Of a stretch of 64,000 nucleotides of DNA, positions 23,775 to 38,253 are shown in pieces. This DNA comes from Spirogloea muscicola. Its lineage: Eukaryota. The notes beneath the pieces are model-generated. The model saw only the letters and a list, made by a program, of their open reading frames with translations, was not told where the DNA came from and ran no database searches. Where the stretch lies: assembly GCA_009602725.1 (NCBI GenBank), contig WELB01000006.1, forward strand, positions 537,683 through 601,682, written 5' to 3'. The translations under genes and the position numbers were made by a program. The first letter of the stretch is position 1. Every line of letters begins with the position of its first letter.

Positions 23775-26700
23775 ATGGACAAGGCCAGGGAGCGGACGAG
23801 CGACAAGGGCGGGAAGCACGACAAGGTGCGCATCCGCATGAAAGACTGCGCGGAGGAGGGTGGGCGCGACGGCAAGCGCAAGCGCGAGTCCCTTGGCGAT
23901 GGCGACGACTTTCGGGACGACAAGGAGCGGCTGGAGAGCAGGGGCAGGGAGGAGCGGGAGGCCGAGCCAGAGCGGGAGCGTGCGCCGGGAGGGCGCGAGC
24001 GCGAGCGCGAGCGGGGCGGCCGCGACAGGGACAAGGAGGAGCGGGAGCGGGAGCGGGCCAAGGAGCAGGAGCGGCGGGAGCGCGACCAGAAGCGGGAGCG
24101 CGAGAAGGAGAAAGAGCGGGAGCGGGAGCGGGAGCGGGCGCGCGAGGAGAAGGAGCGCGAGCGGCAGCGCCGCAAGGACAAGGAGCGCAAACAGCGCGAG
24201 CGGGAGCGCGCCAGCAAGCGCGTCAAGGGCGGCGAGGCGGAAGACGGCGACGACGAGGAGGTCGAGCGGGAGAGGAAGCGGCAGCGCAAGGAGGACGGCG
24301 GTGGCGGCGGCGGCGGGGACCGGGACAAGGAGCGCACCGGCAAGGAGCGGGACAAGGACAAGGACAGGGAGAGGGCTCCAAAGAAAACCGTCGAGGAGCT
24401 GGCTGCCGAGGAGCAGCAGAAGCTCGGGGACGAGATGGAGAAGCGGCGGCGCAAGGTGCGGGAGTGGCAGGAGGCCAAGCGGAGGAAGGAGGCGGAGGAG
24501 GCTGCGCAAGCCGGCACCTCCGCGGTGCAGGCGAGCTCAGCGGTCGAGGGGGAGGACGAGGGAGCTGCTGCGAAGAAGTGGACGTTGGACGAGGAGGAGT
24601 CGGACGAGGAGGACGAAGCCAAGGCCAGTGATGCCAGCAAGGATCACGCGCTCGAGGCCAATGGCAGCCTCCATGAGAAGGTGCCGAACGCCGCTACGGT
24701 CAAGGAGGAGGCCGACGCGACGGCCATGGAGGAGGACGACCTGGACCCCCTGGATGCGTTCATGAACAGCATGGTGCTCCCGCAGGTCAAGGACCTCGAG
24801 GACGCGGCAGCAACCGATGCTGCCAACGAGCGAGGGCCGGGAGATGCGAAGGCCACGGTGGGAACGGGCCCGCCGATGAGGAAGCCCAAGGAGGACAGCC
24901 CAGAGCGGGCGCCGCCGCTGCCGGCCAAGGCGAAGCGCGGCCCCAAGGCGCACCTGGTCAATGGCAAGCCAGGCGGGTTTGTCATGCACATGAAGGGCGG
25001 CCCCAAGGCCGGGCTGCCACCCCGGCCTCCTGTGGCAAAGCTGGCTCCGGTGGGTCGCATCATGCCCGGGGAGGACTCTGAGTCCGACAGGGAGCGCGGA
25101 GGCGACGGGCAGGAGGAGGATGGCGATGACGAGGACGCGGCCCCCGAGAAGGAGGAGGAGGACAGCGAGTTTCTCAAGCGCGTGGCAGGGAGGACCAAGG
25201 CGGACAAGCTGCCGCCGGTCGACCACTCCAAGATCAAGTACGAGCCCTTCCGGAAGAACTTTTACATCGAGGTGAAGGAGATGACACGCTGGCCACAGGC
25301 GGAGGTCGATGCGTTCCGCAAAGGGCTGGAGCTCAAGATTCACGGCAAGGACGTCCCCAAGCCGATCAAGACCTGGCCGCAGACAGGCCTCTCGAGCAAG
25401 ATACTTGATGTCCTCAAGAAGGCCGGCTTTGAGAAGCCCATGTCAATCCAGGTTTGCAAATTCTCTTCCTCAGGTTGGCTTTTTCCAAGCCAGCTGTATC
25501 CGGATGTACTCTAAATCACAATCAATGCACATGCTCTGATGAAGTTGACACGACTACAAGGTATTAGGCCTGACGCTGGTATAGTAAAGCATAAGGTGAG
25601 TCGCGGAGCCAAGCAGCAATGCAAGTCTCAGCTGGCTTGCTCCTTGTCCAGGCGCAGGCCATTCCGGTGATAATGAGCGGCAGAGACTGCATCGGCATTG
25701 CAAAGACGGGGTCCGGAAAGACTCTAGCTTTTGTTCTACCTATGCTGCGGCACATTATGGACCAGCCGACAATCATCCAAGGGGATGGGCCGGTCGCAAT
25801 GATCATGGCTCCCACCAGAGAGCTTGTCCAGCAGATTTATAACGATGTCAAGAAGTTTGCCAAGCATCTCAACCTTGCTTGCGTGCCTGTTTACGGAGGT
25901 TCCGGGGTGGCACAGCAGATCAGCGATCTCAAGAGGGGCGCGGAGATTGTGGTCTGCACGCCAGGACGCATGATTGACATCCTCTGCACTTCCAATGGCA
26001 AAATTACCAATCTGCGGAGGGTCACGTACCTGGTCATGGATGAAGCCGATCGGATGTTCGACCTGGGATTTGAGCCCCAGATTACTCGCATCGTGCAGAA
26101 CACACGCCCGGATAGGCAAACGGTCCTGTTTTCGGCAACATTCCCCCGCCAAGTGGAAATTTTGGCACGCAAGGTCCTCAACAAGCCGGTTGAGATACAG
26201 GTGAGCTAATTGATTTCTTGATTTTCTCTTCAGTTCACCAATGTGGTGTTTTGCAACAGTGTGACCTTTGTTTAAGTCTCGTAGGGTGCACTTCTGAAAG
26301 ACTGGGAGGTATGTACTGTACGGGTTCCCTGCATAAGTACCAGAAGATGGATCGACAGTTGCTTGCCTGGAGAAGTACTGATGTTACTATGACGTGGCGT
26401 GCTGGCAGATTGGCGGCAGGAGTGTTGCAAACAAGGACATTGTCCAGACGGTGGAGATTCGGCCTTCCGACGGGGATGCCCGATTCCTCCGCCTGCTCGA
26501 GCTACTTGGGGAGTGGTACGAGAAGGGCAAGATCCTGGTCTTTGTGCAGTCTCAGGACAAGTGCGACAGCCTATTTCGCGACTTGCTCAAGGCAGGCTAC
26601 CCCTGCCTCTCGCTGCATGGTGCAAAGGATCAGACTGACAGAGAGTCCACAATTTCCGACTTCAAGGCGAATGTTTGCAATCTGCTCATTGCCACAAGGT

Positions 26701-28532
26701 ATGTAATCCCTTTCACCTTACCAATCCGCCTCTCTTGACAATGACAATGAGCTGGGCTACTCCGACTGGCAAAAGTAGGAATTGTGCACACAGACCTTGG
26801 TTGTGTTTGATGATCTGCATGCCGGGTTGGCACCTGTTGGGGGTTACCTGTTAGTGCTCTTGATTAGGGTCTCGGTTACTTTGGCAGGATACTGTTGTTG
26901 GGGGTGGTTGCATGGCCCGCTAATTTGCGGCAAGGTAAAAACAGCACAACCTCAAAACAGAAAGGGTTGTCGGTGCTCATCAGCCTGGTGTGCTTGAAAG
27001 CATTTGCAAGTGGCAAGCACCATCTGGCTTGCCAGTCTCATGATCGCCAGCCCTCTGCCAGACTCAGCATTGGTATGTCCTCTTATCTTTCTGTGCAGCA
27101 TTGCTGCTCGGGGGCTGGATGTTAAGGAGCTGGAGTTGGTTGTGAATTATGACGTGCCAAATCACTATGAAGACTATGTCCACAGAGTGGGGAGAACCGG
27201 CAGAGCCGGCAAGAAGGGTGTGGCCGTCACGTTCATTGCGCCGGATGAGGACAAATTTGCACCAGACCTGCTCCGCGCTTTGGAGCTATCTGGGCAGGTA
27301 ACAATAGCAATTGATCACAAACCAAACTTGGGTCTTATAGCCTCTCGTCCATCCTTGAGCTGATCGAAGCTTGTGGTTGGCTTGCTTCATGGGTTACTTT
27401 AATCACCACAGCACACTATCTTGGATTGAGTTGTAGATGATTGTTGCTGCAGCCAATTCCCGAGGACTTGAAGGCGATGGCGGATGCCTTCATGGAGAAA
27501 GTGAAAGGTGGAACTGAGCAGGTGCACAGCAGCGGCTACGGCGGCAGCGGCTTCAAATTCAATGAGGAGGAGGAGGATGCTCGTAAGGCCCAGAAGAAGG
27601 CTCAGGTACTTTGCCCATCTTGCTAGCTGTGAGCTATTTTTGAGGCTGATCTGGAGAGAACATGTCTGCAGAGGTGGAATACTTACTACCTCAGACACCC
27701 TCGTGTCCCTAACCTGGCTGCTGCACAGGCCAAGGAGTATGGTTATGAGGAGGAAGAGGATAAGTCTGACGAGGAGTCTGACAACGAGGGCATCCGCAAG
27801 GTGGCGGGCACGGGAGAGTATGCGGTTGCCAATGCGGAGGCCCAGGTGGCGGCTCTCACAGCGGCCGCCAAGGCCGCCGTGCTGGCCAATGCCCAGAACC
27901 AGCCTGCCGGAAGCGGTGTACCGCCATTACAGCTGTCCAACTTTGCCGCAACCGCTGCCTCGGCCAACCCCCAGCTGCAGGCGGCACTCCAGATGGCGCA
28001 GCTGGCACATACATCGGCGCCGGCGGGCTCGCCCGTGGGCATACTTGGCCAGGTCCCAGGCCTCAGCCAGGCTCCGGCAGGCACAGCCTGGCCAATGGCC
28101 CCTATGGGGCTGCCGGCCGGTTCGCCGGCCGTCAATCCGGCAGAGGGTGCAGCGCGGGCAGCGGCACTCGCGGCGGCGCTGTCTCTGAAGCACAACCTAT
28201 CCAAGTTTGCACAGGAAAGCGTGCCAGAACACTACGAGGCAGAGCTGGAGATCAACGACTTCCCGCAGCATTCTCGGTGGAAGGTCACGCACAAGGACGC
28301 GCTGGGCCAGATCTCAGACTGGACCGGTGCTGCCATTACCACTAGGGGCGTATATGTCCCGCAGGGCAAGCAGCCTGCGCCGGGCGAGAAGCGCCTCTAC
28401 CTGTTCATTGAAGGGCCGACTGAGGCATCTGTCAAGAAAGCAAAGGTTGAGGTGAAACGCCTCTTGGAGGAGACAAGCTCAGTCGGTTATGGCCCTGCCC
28501 CCAGTGCACCCGGAAAGTATTCGGTGCTGTAA
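23775..28532 (+). CDS. DDX46: DEAD-box RNA helicase DDX46/Prp5 (RH42-like)
   Basis: RE/RD-rich N-terminus, [55 protein letters not shown], and C-terminal [16 protein letters not shown]-like domain. Confidence 0.95.
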
Positions 28533-29416
28533 GCAGGCCCTTAAGTTACATTGTAAGGCAGTCATGACACTACTGCCAGATCTCAAATTCAAATGGTCCT
28601 TTCAAATAGTCGCTAAGTACTTGGCATGCTCGTAAGTGTGCTGGAGGGGCTTCTTGCCTGGGCTGTGCGTCTTGATGTTGTCAGTATTCAGAGCTGGGAT
28701 CCTTTGCTCTATGTGCATGGCAGGTGCGTGCTCATTCAGAAACGCTTCACGCGCTCTTGCATGTCAGATTCTGTACTAAAGCGAACTCCTGCTCCAGCTT
28801 TTGCTCAAGCTCAGGCTCTTGTAACAGAACACAAAGCAGCAGCCATTGAGAGCCACCTCATCTGATGTCTTCTCCCGCAGACCGTGATAAGTGCTTACTG
28901 CAATGCCTCTCATTAGCGAGTGGGTAGGCCCCTCAACTGGTAAGGCTATACATTGACAGTAAAAGGCAATGGGCTTCACCTCAGAGGGCTTCACCATCAA
29001 TGATATTTTATGTCGTAGAGAGGGTCCTGGGCACAAGATCCTCTATGCTACACTTGCGCAAGTAAGGTCTCGCGACCAGACTTCATTTGCTTCGTCAAAT
29101 GCTCACTGGCAATTAAGGACCACGGCATTGTTGTGCTGTATATGCAATAACGCAATGCTTTACTATGAAGAAATGCAGAAATCACATAGCATCAACAAGG
29201 GCAAAATTGGGACTATCTGCTTCTTAGCGACGGGACATGGGCCAGTGCTGCAGGCAAGACCGAATCCGCACAGTCTCGCTAACATCTCTGTAGCTGACCA
29301 GTTCTGGTTACACGCCGCCTATGCTTGAGCTACTACACCTGTCTTTGCTGGTAAAGAGCCTGTCTCCTCACAGCAGGTCCACTCAAAGAGCAGGTCTGTC
29401 GACACCTATCTTTTTG

Positions 29417-32400
29417 CTAGGCGCACAGCTTCGCAAATGGTAAAGGAACTCCACTGGTTTGTGCAAGCGCTTGGTAGGCGTTCTGCAACTGCATTGTAAT
29501 TGGCCCCACAGAACCATCACCTATTCTGGCCACATCAAGCAGCACAGACATATCCAAGTCAATCACCGAAATAAGGTTGCAGGGCTAGAAGAGGGCACAG
29601 TGCCAAAATGTGCCAACGCAGTAATCGACAATACTTTCAAATCAGGGATGGGATCGGATGAAGATCCGCATGTAAGATACTCCAAGTGAGGAATATACAT
29701 ACAGGAGTACAAAGGCTTACAAGCTCACAACCAGCACATGACAGAATCATGTCTCGTATTTGGGACCTAGATGGTGTTATATATCCGAGTGTGTTGGGAC
29801 AATTTGACAGATTTCCATGATGATGACTATACAAAAGTCAATGGGGTGGGGGGATGAACCTGCGGTTGTCAAGCTCAACTACAGGGCTCAATTCCCCCAT
29901 GGTCCCTGTGGTGAAGACTTCATCAGCAGAATGGAACTCTGATAAGCTGCACAGAGATAAGAAGATAAGAAGATAGGAAGATAAGACGATGCGCAGTGAT
30001 TGTGAGACGCTTCTCACATCCTGCCTCACATGATCTGCCATTTGAGCAACCACGAGAATGTGCTGAGGACCAGTCTCACTAGCAAACCAGCCTGCATGAT
30101 TTACTGAGGCCTTTATAGTCAAGGAGCTGGGAGTGCATTTAGAGGACAAGTGCCAATGCTGTTTTTGGTCGAGAGCTTTCACTCGAGAGCTTTGATGATC
30201 ATCACTACCTGATCCTTCTTTCCTTCGCGTCTAGTCCCATCTGCAGTGCAATATCAATGACTGTTTGACGTGTGATGCCAGGTAAACAGTAGTCTGGTTG
30301 AGGCGTATGCAGCTTTCCTCTCTGTTGCAATCACCAAATGCAAAGCGAAGATGTGAACAACTTCGACTAGCCAGACAGACTCAAAGGGCTGAAAACGACA
30401 GTGACTAGTGCATGTCATCTTCAGTAGCTTGTTCATGAGTTGCCTAACTTGCCTACAAGTACTTGCATCTAAAAACTCAGAGAAGTAGATGTTGTGATGT
30501 GGCTGCATGTATTCAGGCAAAGGTGGCTTGTAAGGACAGCCCCAACTGTCACTTGGCAGAGTGCAAGTACAGAGCCGCAGTAGTGAAGACGATCCTTTAA
30601 GGAGCACCTCATGTGTCCTCACCTTCACCATGAACACATTCGTTGCATTTGTCTCTGACACAAAGCCGTCGATGTCCAGCATCAGAGCATCATCTGCTCC
30701 TGCATTGTTGCCCTCTACTTTCGCCAAGATGTTGTTAATGAGATTATTGTGATGGATCTTTGAGTCAACGCACTGCCAACAGAAGGCAGCCATGGGTAAG
30801 TCCAATAGTCACTTGCATGTAGTTTCTATTGCTTCTCTGTAAGTATCAATACATAAGTACATGCCCCTCAGTGACTGCCCTCACATCCACCTACAGGTCC
30901 TATAAGATATTACCTCTTGTCTATCGTGTAAAGCAATAAGTTCCCCCAGTAACAGCAGCAAGCAACCCATGTCGTAGTGGTGACTCTACGATCGTCTTAA
31001 CTTGGACAAATAACCTCGACTAAATGAGCAGTTTAGAAACTGTAGATCAACCTGAGGAGGACTCCTTCTTGTGGATGCAGTTGTCAGCTTGATACCAGCT
31101 GAGTTGTTGTACACAGGAGGCTTCCACTCCGCTAGTACAATCAGACAGTGGCCATATCTGTTGAATTCTGGGCTCATTCCAGAAGTGACCTTCTTGCCCC
31201 TTGTCAGCGTTAGGCGAACATGAGCCCCATCCTCCATGCCATTTGCTGTTACACAAAGCCAAGACTGCTGTTGAGAATCAGCAGCTGACGACAGCATGAT
31301 TGGTTAGCATACGTTTTGCAAATCAAGCTGCGTACTCTTGTTTCAAGATCCTGAGCATTGCTTTGTGGATATTTCTAGATGCTCATGCTACATGGAGAGG
31401 AGTGTCCTGCCACTGTTACTTACATCGATTCCAGCAAGAGACGAGCAATTAGCAATGACATTGCTCGAGGTGGTGACACGTGCACGTCAGCAAGCACTCA
31501 CCTGCAAGAGTAGAAAACAGAGCAGTCTTAATCTCCTCCCTCGTCGGCATTGACATAAACGCCAGGGCCTTTGCCGAGTCAAGCATGCGATTGATGTGTT
31601 CCTCAAGTTTCATCACCCGTCCTTTATATATTCTTAGACCTTCCCAACAACCATCTCCTCCTTGCACTATTGAGTCCAACACAGAAACTCGTGCATTTTC
31701 TCGGGTTGTGAGACGATCTCCCACCCAGACAAGAAGCTCTTTATTTCTTGGCACCGGCAGTTGAGGAGGTAATCTCTGAAGTTGGTGCTCAGATTCTGAG
31801 TTGGTCACTGGAGCTGGCTGTGAATTTCAGTCAATGACAACATATTAGCACCAAAGCTTGAATCTGCAAAGAAGCCCATCAAATCCACTGAGTTTGCTTG
31901 GCAGCCTTTGAATCGACTGTGGTCACTGATAATATCCCCAGAAGTAGCAGCTCAGTGCAGCTGAATCGGTCCAGTAAGCAGCAAACGCAGGGGGACTGAC
32001 AGATGTAGACATTCTTGACTTGTAAAGATCTCAAGGCCAGCTGTTGGCACAAAAAGCCCACCCCTATTGTACACGCCAGCCTACGCTCTCAATGAGCATG
32101 CAGCTTTGCCATCTCCATCAGCATGATGAGCTGGCTTTGTATCGTCTCTTAGAGACTAGCACCTGCAACGCATGCCTTTGCAGGATCTCGTAGAAAGGTT
32201 GAGCCTCTTCAAGTACGTTGTACAGCTCCATTGGGAAGGGCTGCATAACATTCAAGAACATATCAGCTGCCGATCTTGGAGTCATTTCCATCTACAGACC
32301 TGCTCATGCAGCCTCACCGAGCTGCTTTCAGAGCACCTGATCTACAATTCTAGTCATTGGTAGCAATACCTCCATCGTTGACTTATTGTCAACGTGCTGT

Positions 32401-34128
32401 CAATCTCCGTATGCCTACTTAAGCATGTTCCTGCAGAAAATAGAATGCTCACCGTCTGTGCCAATGTAGATGGACCACTAAAGCCAGTGGACTTATGTAC
32501 TGAGGTATACCACCAGGGAGCCCACAGACCATCTTCTGATTTAGGTCCGGCTTTCCAACTGGTAATGCATGTTCGATGCAACCAAGCAACACTTGCATGA
32601 GGGTCCAGGATGGCAACAAAGCAACTGACAATCTAGCCACAAATGAGTTGGAGATGACTCCTCACAGTGACACGAGCTTTGCTTGGAAGCAACTGAAACC
32701 ATCTAGCCATGAGACCCTGAAGAGTTCTTGCAATCATAATGATACTGTACCTGAGCATTCCCTTGTCAAAGGACAGGCTCAGGGATGCACACAGAGATCT
32801 CAAAGTGCCCTCCGGATTGCTTTGCAGGTCCGATGCAAGGACCACAGGGGGTTCACAACCCATGCCTCTTAACTGGCTGTGGGCAATGGGCAACAATGAT
32901 GTATCAGAGGAGAAGATTGGCAATGGCAGTTCCACATCAGCAAGCTGGCAGTCTTGTAAGTCACACCCTGACACATTGCAATGGCCCAGTCCACCACTCA
33001 CAGAAGTTGTTAGGTGCTATTGCTGTCATACATTCTTGACATTGCAGCTGGTCGCAGGGCCTACTCAGTACGGCGAACTGTCTCAGAGAGCTTCAACCAC
33101 ATGCTTGAAATGTAGGTAATTATCACAGGCTACATCGTAGTGCTGGTGCTCAGTAGCTCACAGAACATCCACCATAGAGCAGCAAGCATGCCAACCTGAA
33201 AATCTGCACAAGTGCGGGAAAGCCAAGCTCTTCCAGAGTCGCTGGTACTTGCTTGTTGAAAGACCGAAGACTTTCCAAAGGATCTCTCAGTAGTAAGACA
33301 TGTCGCCCCCCAGTTATTATGAGGTCGTCCAGATGAGAAGTGCGGTGCTTTGCCATGTGTTTGACAAAGAGCACCTTCTTCTCACGAGGACCATAGATGA
33401 CATTGTGCACAACACTGTTGCCATCTGCTTAAAGATGAAAGCCTCTGGTTCAGAAGGTCGGCTCCTACTGTGCTTCAACAGCTTGCCAAGCATGATTGAG
33501 GTGCGAGCCGTGCAAAGGCCTTATGAACAGCTTGCAGACTTGTCCTTTAGCATACGTCCCAGTCGCGGGAAGGCAAGGAGACCTTGCAGACCTTGATACG
33601 GTGGACATACGACAAAGCTTGAAAAGCTATGCACATAGCTGGCCTCCGGCTTTGTCATGCTATACCTGAATCCATGCTGTTCAGAAGCTCTTCGCGATAC
33701 GGTCTCTGGACCTTCGGATTGACGCTCAAATAGTGGGCATAAAGTGGCTCATCAAGCACCTGTTGCGTATCTAGGAGATGGTAAGAGCGACGAAGTGCAC
33801 AACAGGTGACAAAGTCTACATGATACTGTCTCAATGTATATAAACAGATTCCTTTGGCGTCCGACCTGAAGGGAGGGACCACATCTCTTGTCGGGCTTGG
33901 TTGCCCGACTTGGGCAAAATGCAGCCACAGCAGCAGAAATCAAAGTAACGTTGTCAAAGTACAAAGTGACAAGTGACAGTCTGAAGTCGTCAGATTACTT
34001 GACCGGCCCATGCTGCACGGGCTGCCTACCTGTGTGTCGTCCCGCTGGGCGAAGGAGTACATGAGGCTTGTGCTGAGGCTCCTTGGGGCGGACCAGACAT
34101 TGATGCAGAAGGGGTCCGCTGCCGCCAT
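29417..34128 (-). CDS. Branched-chain aminotransferase-like protein (P-loop sulfotransferase-like N-domain fused to class IV PLP aminotransferase)
   Basis: WSAPRSLSTSLMYSFAQRDDT, DEPLYAHYL, KHMAKH, DGLWAPWWY..VHKSTGF; then VSVLDSIVQGGDGCWEGLR, DSKIHHNNLINNILAK, ETNATNVF, CLPGITR, ADEVFTTGTMGELSPV. Confidence 0.92.
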
Positions 34129-34699
34129 GCCGAGTTGTGGCTCAAGACAAGGCAAACTGCTGGATAAGGAGGCTTCTGGAAGAGCCAGCAGGATCAATGC
34201 CCAGGCAGCGGTCGAGAGGCGCAGCCGCGGCGCAAGCTGTTGGAGAGGGAGGCTGCTGAAAGCGTTTGGCGTTGGACGAGAGAGCGAGCGCGCTCAAAGA
34301 CAGAGACAAGGACACAGCAGCTCGTCCGACAAGGCGTCAACAGAGAGCGCGGCGCGCGTGTGCAGTGGAAAAGGCTACGTGAAAGGAGAAGGCGCGCGGT
34401 GCGCTTAAAATGAAAAGGTCCAACAAGGAAACGGTGCTTTCAGATTGACAGCAGTGGCTGTGAAGGGCCAGCCTAGAGGAATGGACAAGGTCTGAACAGC
34501 CCAAAGAGAGACGGCGCGCGGTGCGCATGAAATTGGAAGGGAGGCCACTTCTGGCCCTTTCAAAATGTCCCCAAAGAAGAAGTGGCACCCCCAATAGGGG
34601 CAAGGGCTGTGAAAAGCCAGCCCAAAGCCTCCCACGGACGTCCTTCAGGCTGCAGGGCTCCTCCCCGTGGCGGGTGCTGGCCCCGCCTGCGCCTCCAGC

Positions 34700-36349
34700 A
34701 TGAAGCGACCGAAGAAAGTGCGCGGCGGCGGCGCCGGCGGCTCCGGCGGCGAGGGCCTGGACGTGCTCTACTACAACCAGCTGCTGGACATCCTGCGGCA
34801 CCAGCAGGAGGCCGGCATCGCCTACTATGGCGACATGGTGTACCAGTACAAGCCCGTGCCGCCGGAGGCCTACCCTGCGTCCTGGAAGGGGCACGCGACG
34901 GCTGCTGCTGCCGCTGCCCAAGCTTCCGGCAGGCAAGCACTGCCGAATGCAGGAGCAGCAGAGCGATTTACCGGAGAGTCAGCCTGGAGCCCCTTCTTGC
35001 ACAGCGCACAAGCTACCAAGTCTCTGTTATCGCGCCAAGAGCCAAGTTTGGCCGGCTTTTGTGGCGCACTCCTCCTGCTGCCTGGGCCATGGCACTTGGC
35101 ACTCTACCTTTTACGATTTATAGTTACAATTACAGTTACCCACCTTGCACACGAGCAGGACTTTTTCCAGCTCAGCCAAAAACTGACATCCATCCCCAGT
35201 TACTTGATGTGCCACCAGGACTCCTTCCACGCCTCAAACAGCCCCAGGCTTGGCTCCAGGTTTCAATTACAGGTACACAAGGAGCCACTGAACAGCTTTG
35301 GAAAGTCCCTGCTTGGACAATTCTTGCTATGAGATAGCATCAAGGAGGAGCGCTGGACAGTAGACTCATCAGATCAACTAGGTTCTGTAGATGTGAGACA
35401 GCCTTGATGTCTCTCGGTGCAGGTTAGGCAGCATGTCAGCGCCTCCATTACGAGGGAGCACCTTCGCTGGTGGAAGTGGTCTGCAGACAACCTTGGAGAA
35501 GCCCATGAAGAACAGGCACAGATTGCTTCTTCCTCCAGCTGGCACCGGCATCCCACCCTCTCCAGAAGAAGACACCGGATCGTTTCCAGCAGCAACTAAA
35601 GCTGGTGAGGCCAACAGTTACCTTGTGCAAGTGAAGGGCTTGGACGAGAGCTTGATCAGGGTCATATATGTGGATGTAGTGTGGATGTACTATATGAAGG
35701 TTGCAGCCGTATTTGCTGATCATCTGCGTGACTTCTCATCATAGTGACCAGTTCAGCTGCATTTCACAAGCTATGGTACAATTCGCCCTTGCAGCATTCC
35801 ATGCAGCATGTCGAAGTCCTGTGCCCAAATGTCCTTAATCCAGACCAGCCTGCATCTGCTGCAGCTAAGATGATATTCGAGGCCAGAGAGAAGTACAAGG
35901 GTACACCTGAGGAGGACCGTTGGAAAGCCAAACTGGCTGACGAATTGGAAGCAAAGAGCAAGGCAATGGAGGGGGAAGAGATGCGTGGACCTTTCAGTGA
36001 GGAGGAGGATACTTTGCTGCTCGTTGCCCGATATATTTACGGGAATCGGTGGTTCCACGTGGAGAAGTGCATACCCCGAAGGTAAAATGCTGGACACAAT
36101 GCATTTGTCCTATCCACTTGTTTGTGTTTCAAAGCCGTAGAGAGCACTGTTGATGTGAAGCTGTTGACGATCTCAGGGTGGCAGGCCAGAGCAACAAGCA
36201 CTGGCATGGCATACTCAAGGGAAGATACAAGAAGGAGCCTTGGTGCGAACGGGTTCTTGCACCCCCTCCAGAACTTGTTACTGCTGGACGGTACTCCATG
36301 ACAGAGAAGCCTTTCTAGTGGCAAGATGGCAGTGGCGAATTACAGGTGA
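34700..36349 (+). CDS. Myb/SANT-repeat-containing protein (exon structure uncertain)
   Basis: GC-rich first exon from ATG 34700 with NLS-like KRPKKVR. A later exon encodes GPFSEEEDTLLLVARYIYGNRWFHVEKCIPRR followed by a GT donor. Confidence 0.55.
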
Positions 36350-36974
36350 ATGAGGTAATCAGCATATAGAGTATTCCTCAGAGCATTGACTGTGCTAGGT
36401 CCTAGTCCTGCTCTGTATCAATACCCTTCTGTGTATAGCAGGTTATTCATTGATTCGCGCATGCATCAAAGCGTGTCACATTTGTAGCGCCTGTTAACGC
36501 ATTTCCCTTTGCCGCGTTTGATAGCTGCAAGGTTGTTATGTGCATGTACACCTTTACACCACTCAGCGTGTCATTGGCTAGCATCGGTAGGCAGAGTGCC
36601 TTGGACACTAGCGGAGTGGAGATGACACAGCCGAGGAGACAGATTTGCAGTTGCTTGCGCGGAGAGGTAAAGAGATAAGATGCCTCAATTAGATGAATTC
36701 ACCTATCTAACACAATTTGTTTGGCTATGTGCTGAACATACTATGGTGTTGCATACCCATATTGTTAATGCGGCGGTTTTGAAAAGCGGCTGAAGCCAGC
36801 CAAGTGCGTGAAACAGCGTGAAGGGCGTATAACTCACTGGAGCTCGAAGTCTAGGATGAACTATGTCAGTACAGCCTCATCAGCAGACGCCCTGGTTAGC
36901 AGAAAGAGGAGGCGAGTGCCATGCCAGTATCACTATGGTGGGCTTGCAGAGAGAGCAAGCATGCGGCTCCATGT

Positions 36975-38140
36975 GAAGAAGAAGCGGCTAATCCAAAGGG
37001 GGCAAGGTTTGTGTAAGCCAGCTTACAAATGAACGAAAATGTACGAGACAGAGAAGGCTCTCCCAAAGAAGGGAAGCACGAAGCTCTGCCCATTGGGGCG
37101 ATGGGTGTCAAAAAATCAGCTCTTCCAAAGTGGCGAGGCCAGCCCAAAATGGAGGGACAAAGCCCAAGGAGCCGGAGTGCGTGAACTGCACAGCCAAGAA
37201 GCGATAGTGACTGCGAAAGGCCATACATGTCCATGTTGGAGTAATCACTGCCATGCCTTGTATGTTCTTTCCGGGCTGGCCTCTCGCATCCCTCCCCCCC
37301 TTCTGGAAGAGCTGCGTCCTTGTCCTTTTTTTTCATGCTGGCCTTTCACAGCCCTCGCCCCATTCAAAGAGCTGCTTCTTCTTCTTCTTCTTTAGAAGCA
37401 CTAGCACTCAGCACCAGCACTGGCTTCTGCCTGAATATAAATTGGCTTGGGTTGGACTCCCTTCGTTTTACGTGCACCAAGCGCCATCTTTCAATGTCGG
37501 AAGGTCGAGCTTCATTGCGAAGGAGCTCATTCGCTTTGTGCTTTGACACATTTGTGGCCCCTTCGAACTGTGTTCATTCTCTTTTTGGGCTGGCCAATCA
37601 CAGCCATCGGCCTCTACTGGAAGAGTCTTTCTTCTTCGAGGGATGAGCTTACTTTCTCGTCATGGGGAGTGAAGCCAAGCGATGGGCATGTCGGCAGCTC
37701 ATTTGTCATTATTGCGACGTCGTCTGTCAGCCTGTTTGCAGCGAGCTCAGGCTCATGCTTTGCACCAGAAAGCTGGTCGAGCTTTAGCTGGCATAATTAC
37801 TTGCCAGTTGCCGTCCGGTATTCGGGCAGCAGTTAGCGACCTCTATGTGCTGCCTCTCACAGCCACCAGTCAAATTGGAAGCGCTGTTCCCTGTGTGCTG
37901 ATTCGTGGTTACTGAGCGGGTCAGCTTAGCAGCAGGTGATGTTCATCTGTCAACGTGCTTGCATTTGTACTTGGCCACTTTTGGCCTCGATCACTCAACA
38001 GACACTCCATTTATTTGGAAGCTGAGCTTCCCTCTGCATAATGTTTTGTTTTGTAGTTAATCCTTTTCCGGCTCCTCTTTGGCTTTGGCCATTTGTCCAT
38101 TCTTTTTGGGCTGGCTTCTGTATGGGCGAGCACTTTCTTC
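36975..38140. repeat. Cluster of decayed RLE-element tails and an ORF-end remnant
   Basis: Tail modules at ~36990(-), 37130(-), 37260, 37320 (ending in (CTT)n), 37570 and 38090. 37700-37915 encodes RLSACLQRAQAHALHQKAGRALA..LIRGY*. Confidence 0.75.
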
Positions 38141-38199
38141 GTTTCGAAGCCAAGCCCACCGTGCGACGAGTAAGGCACCAGCGGTGACGGCCAGCCAAA

Positions 38200-38203
38200 A
38201 TGG

Positions 38204-38253
<50 letters not shown>

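Noticed and set aside
23133..24765. Long overlapping ORFs in several frames, and the 23133 start for DDX46
   Set aside because: These are shadows of GC-rich, low-complexity RE-repeat coding DNA. The upstream part overlaps ENY2 on the other strand.
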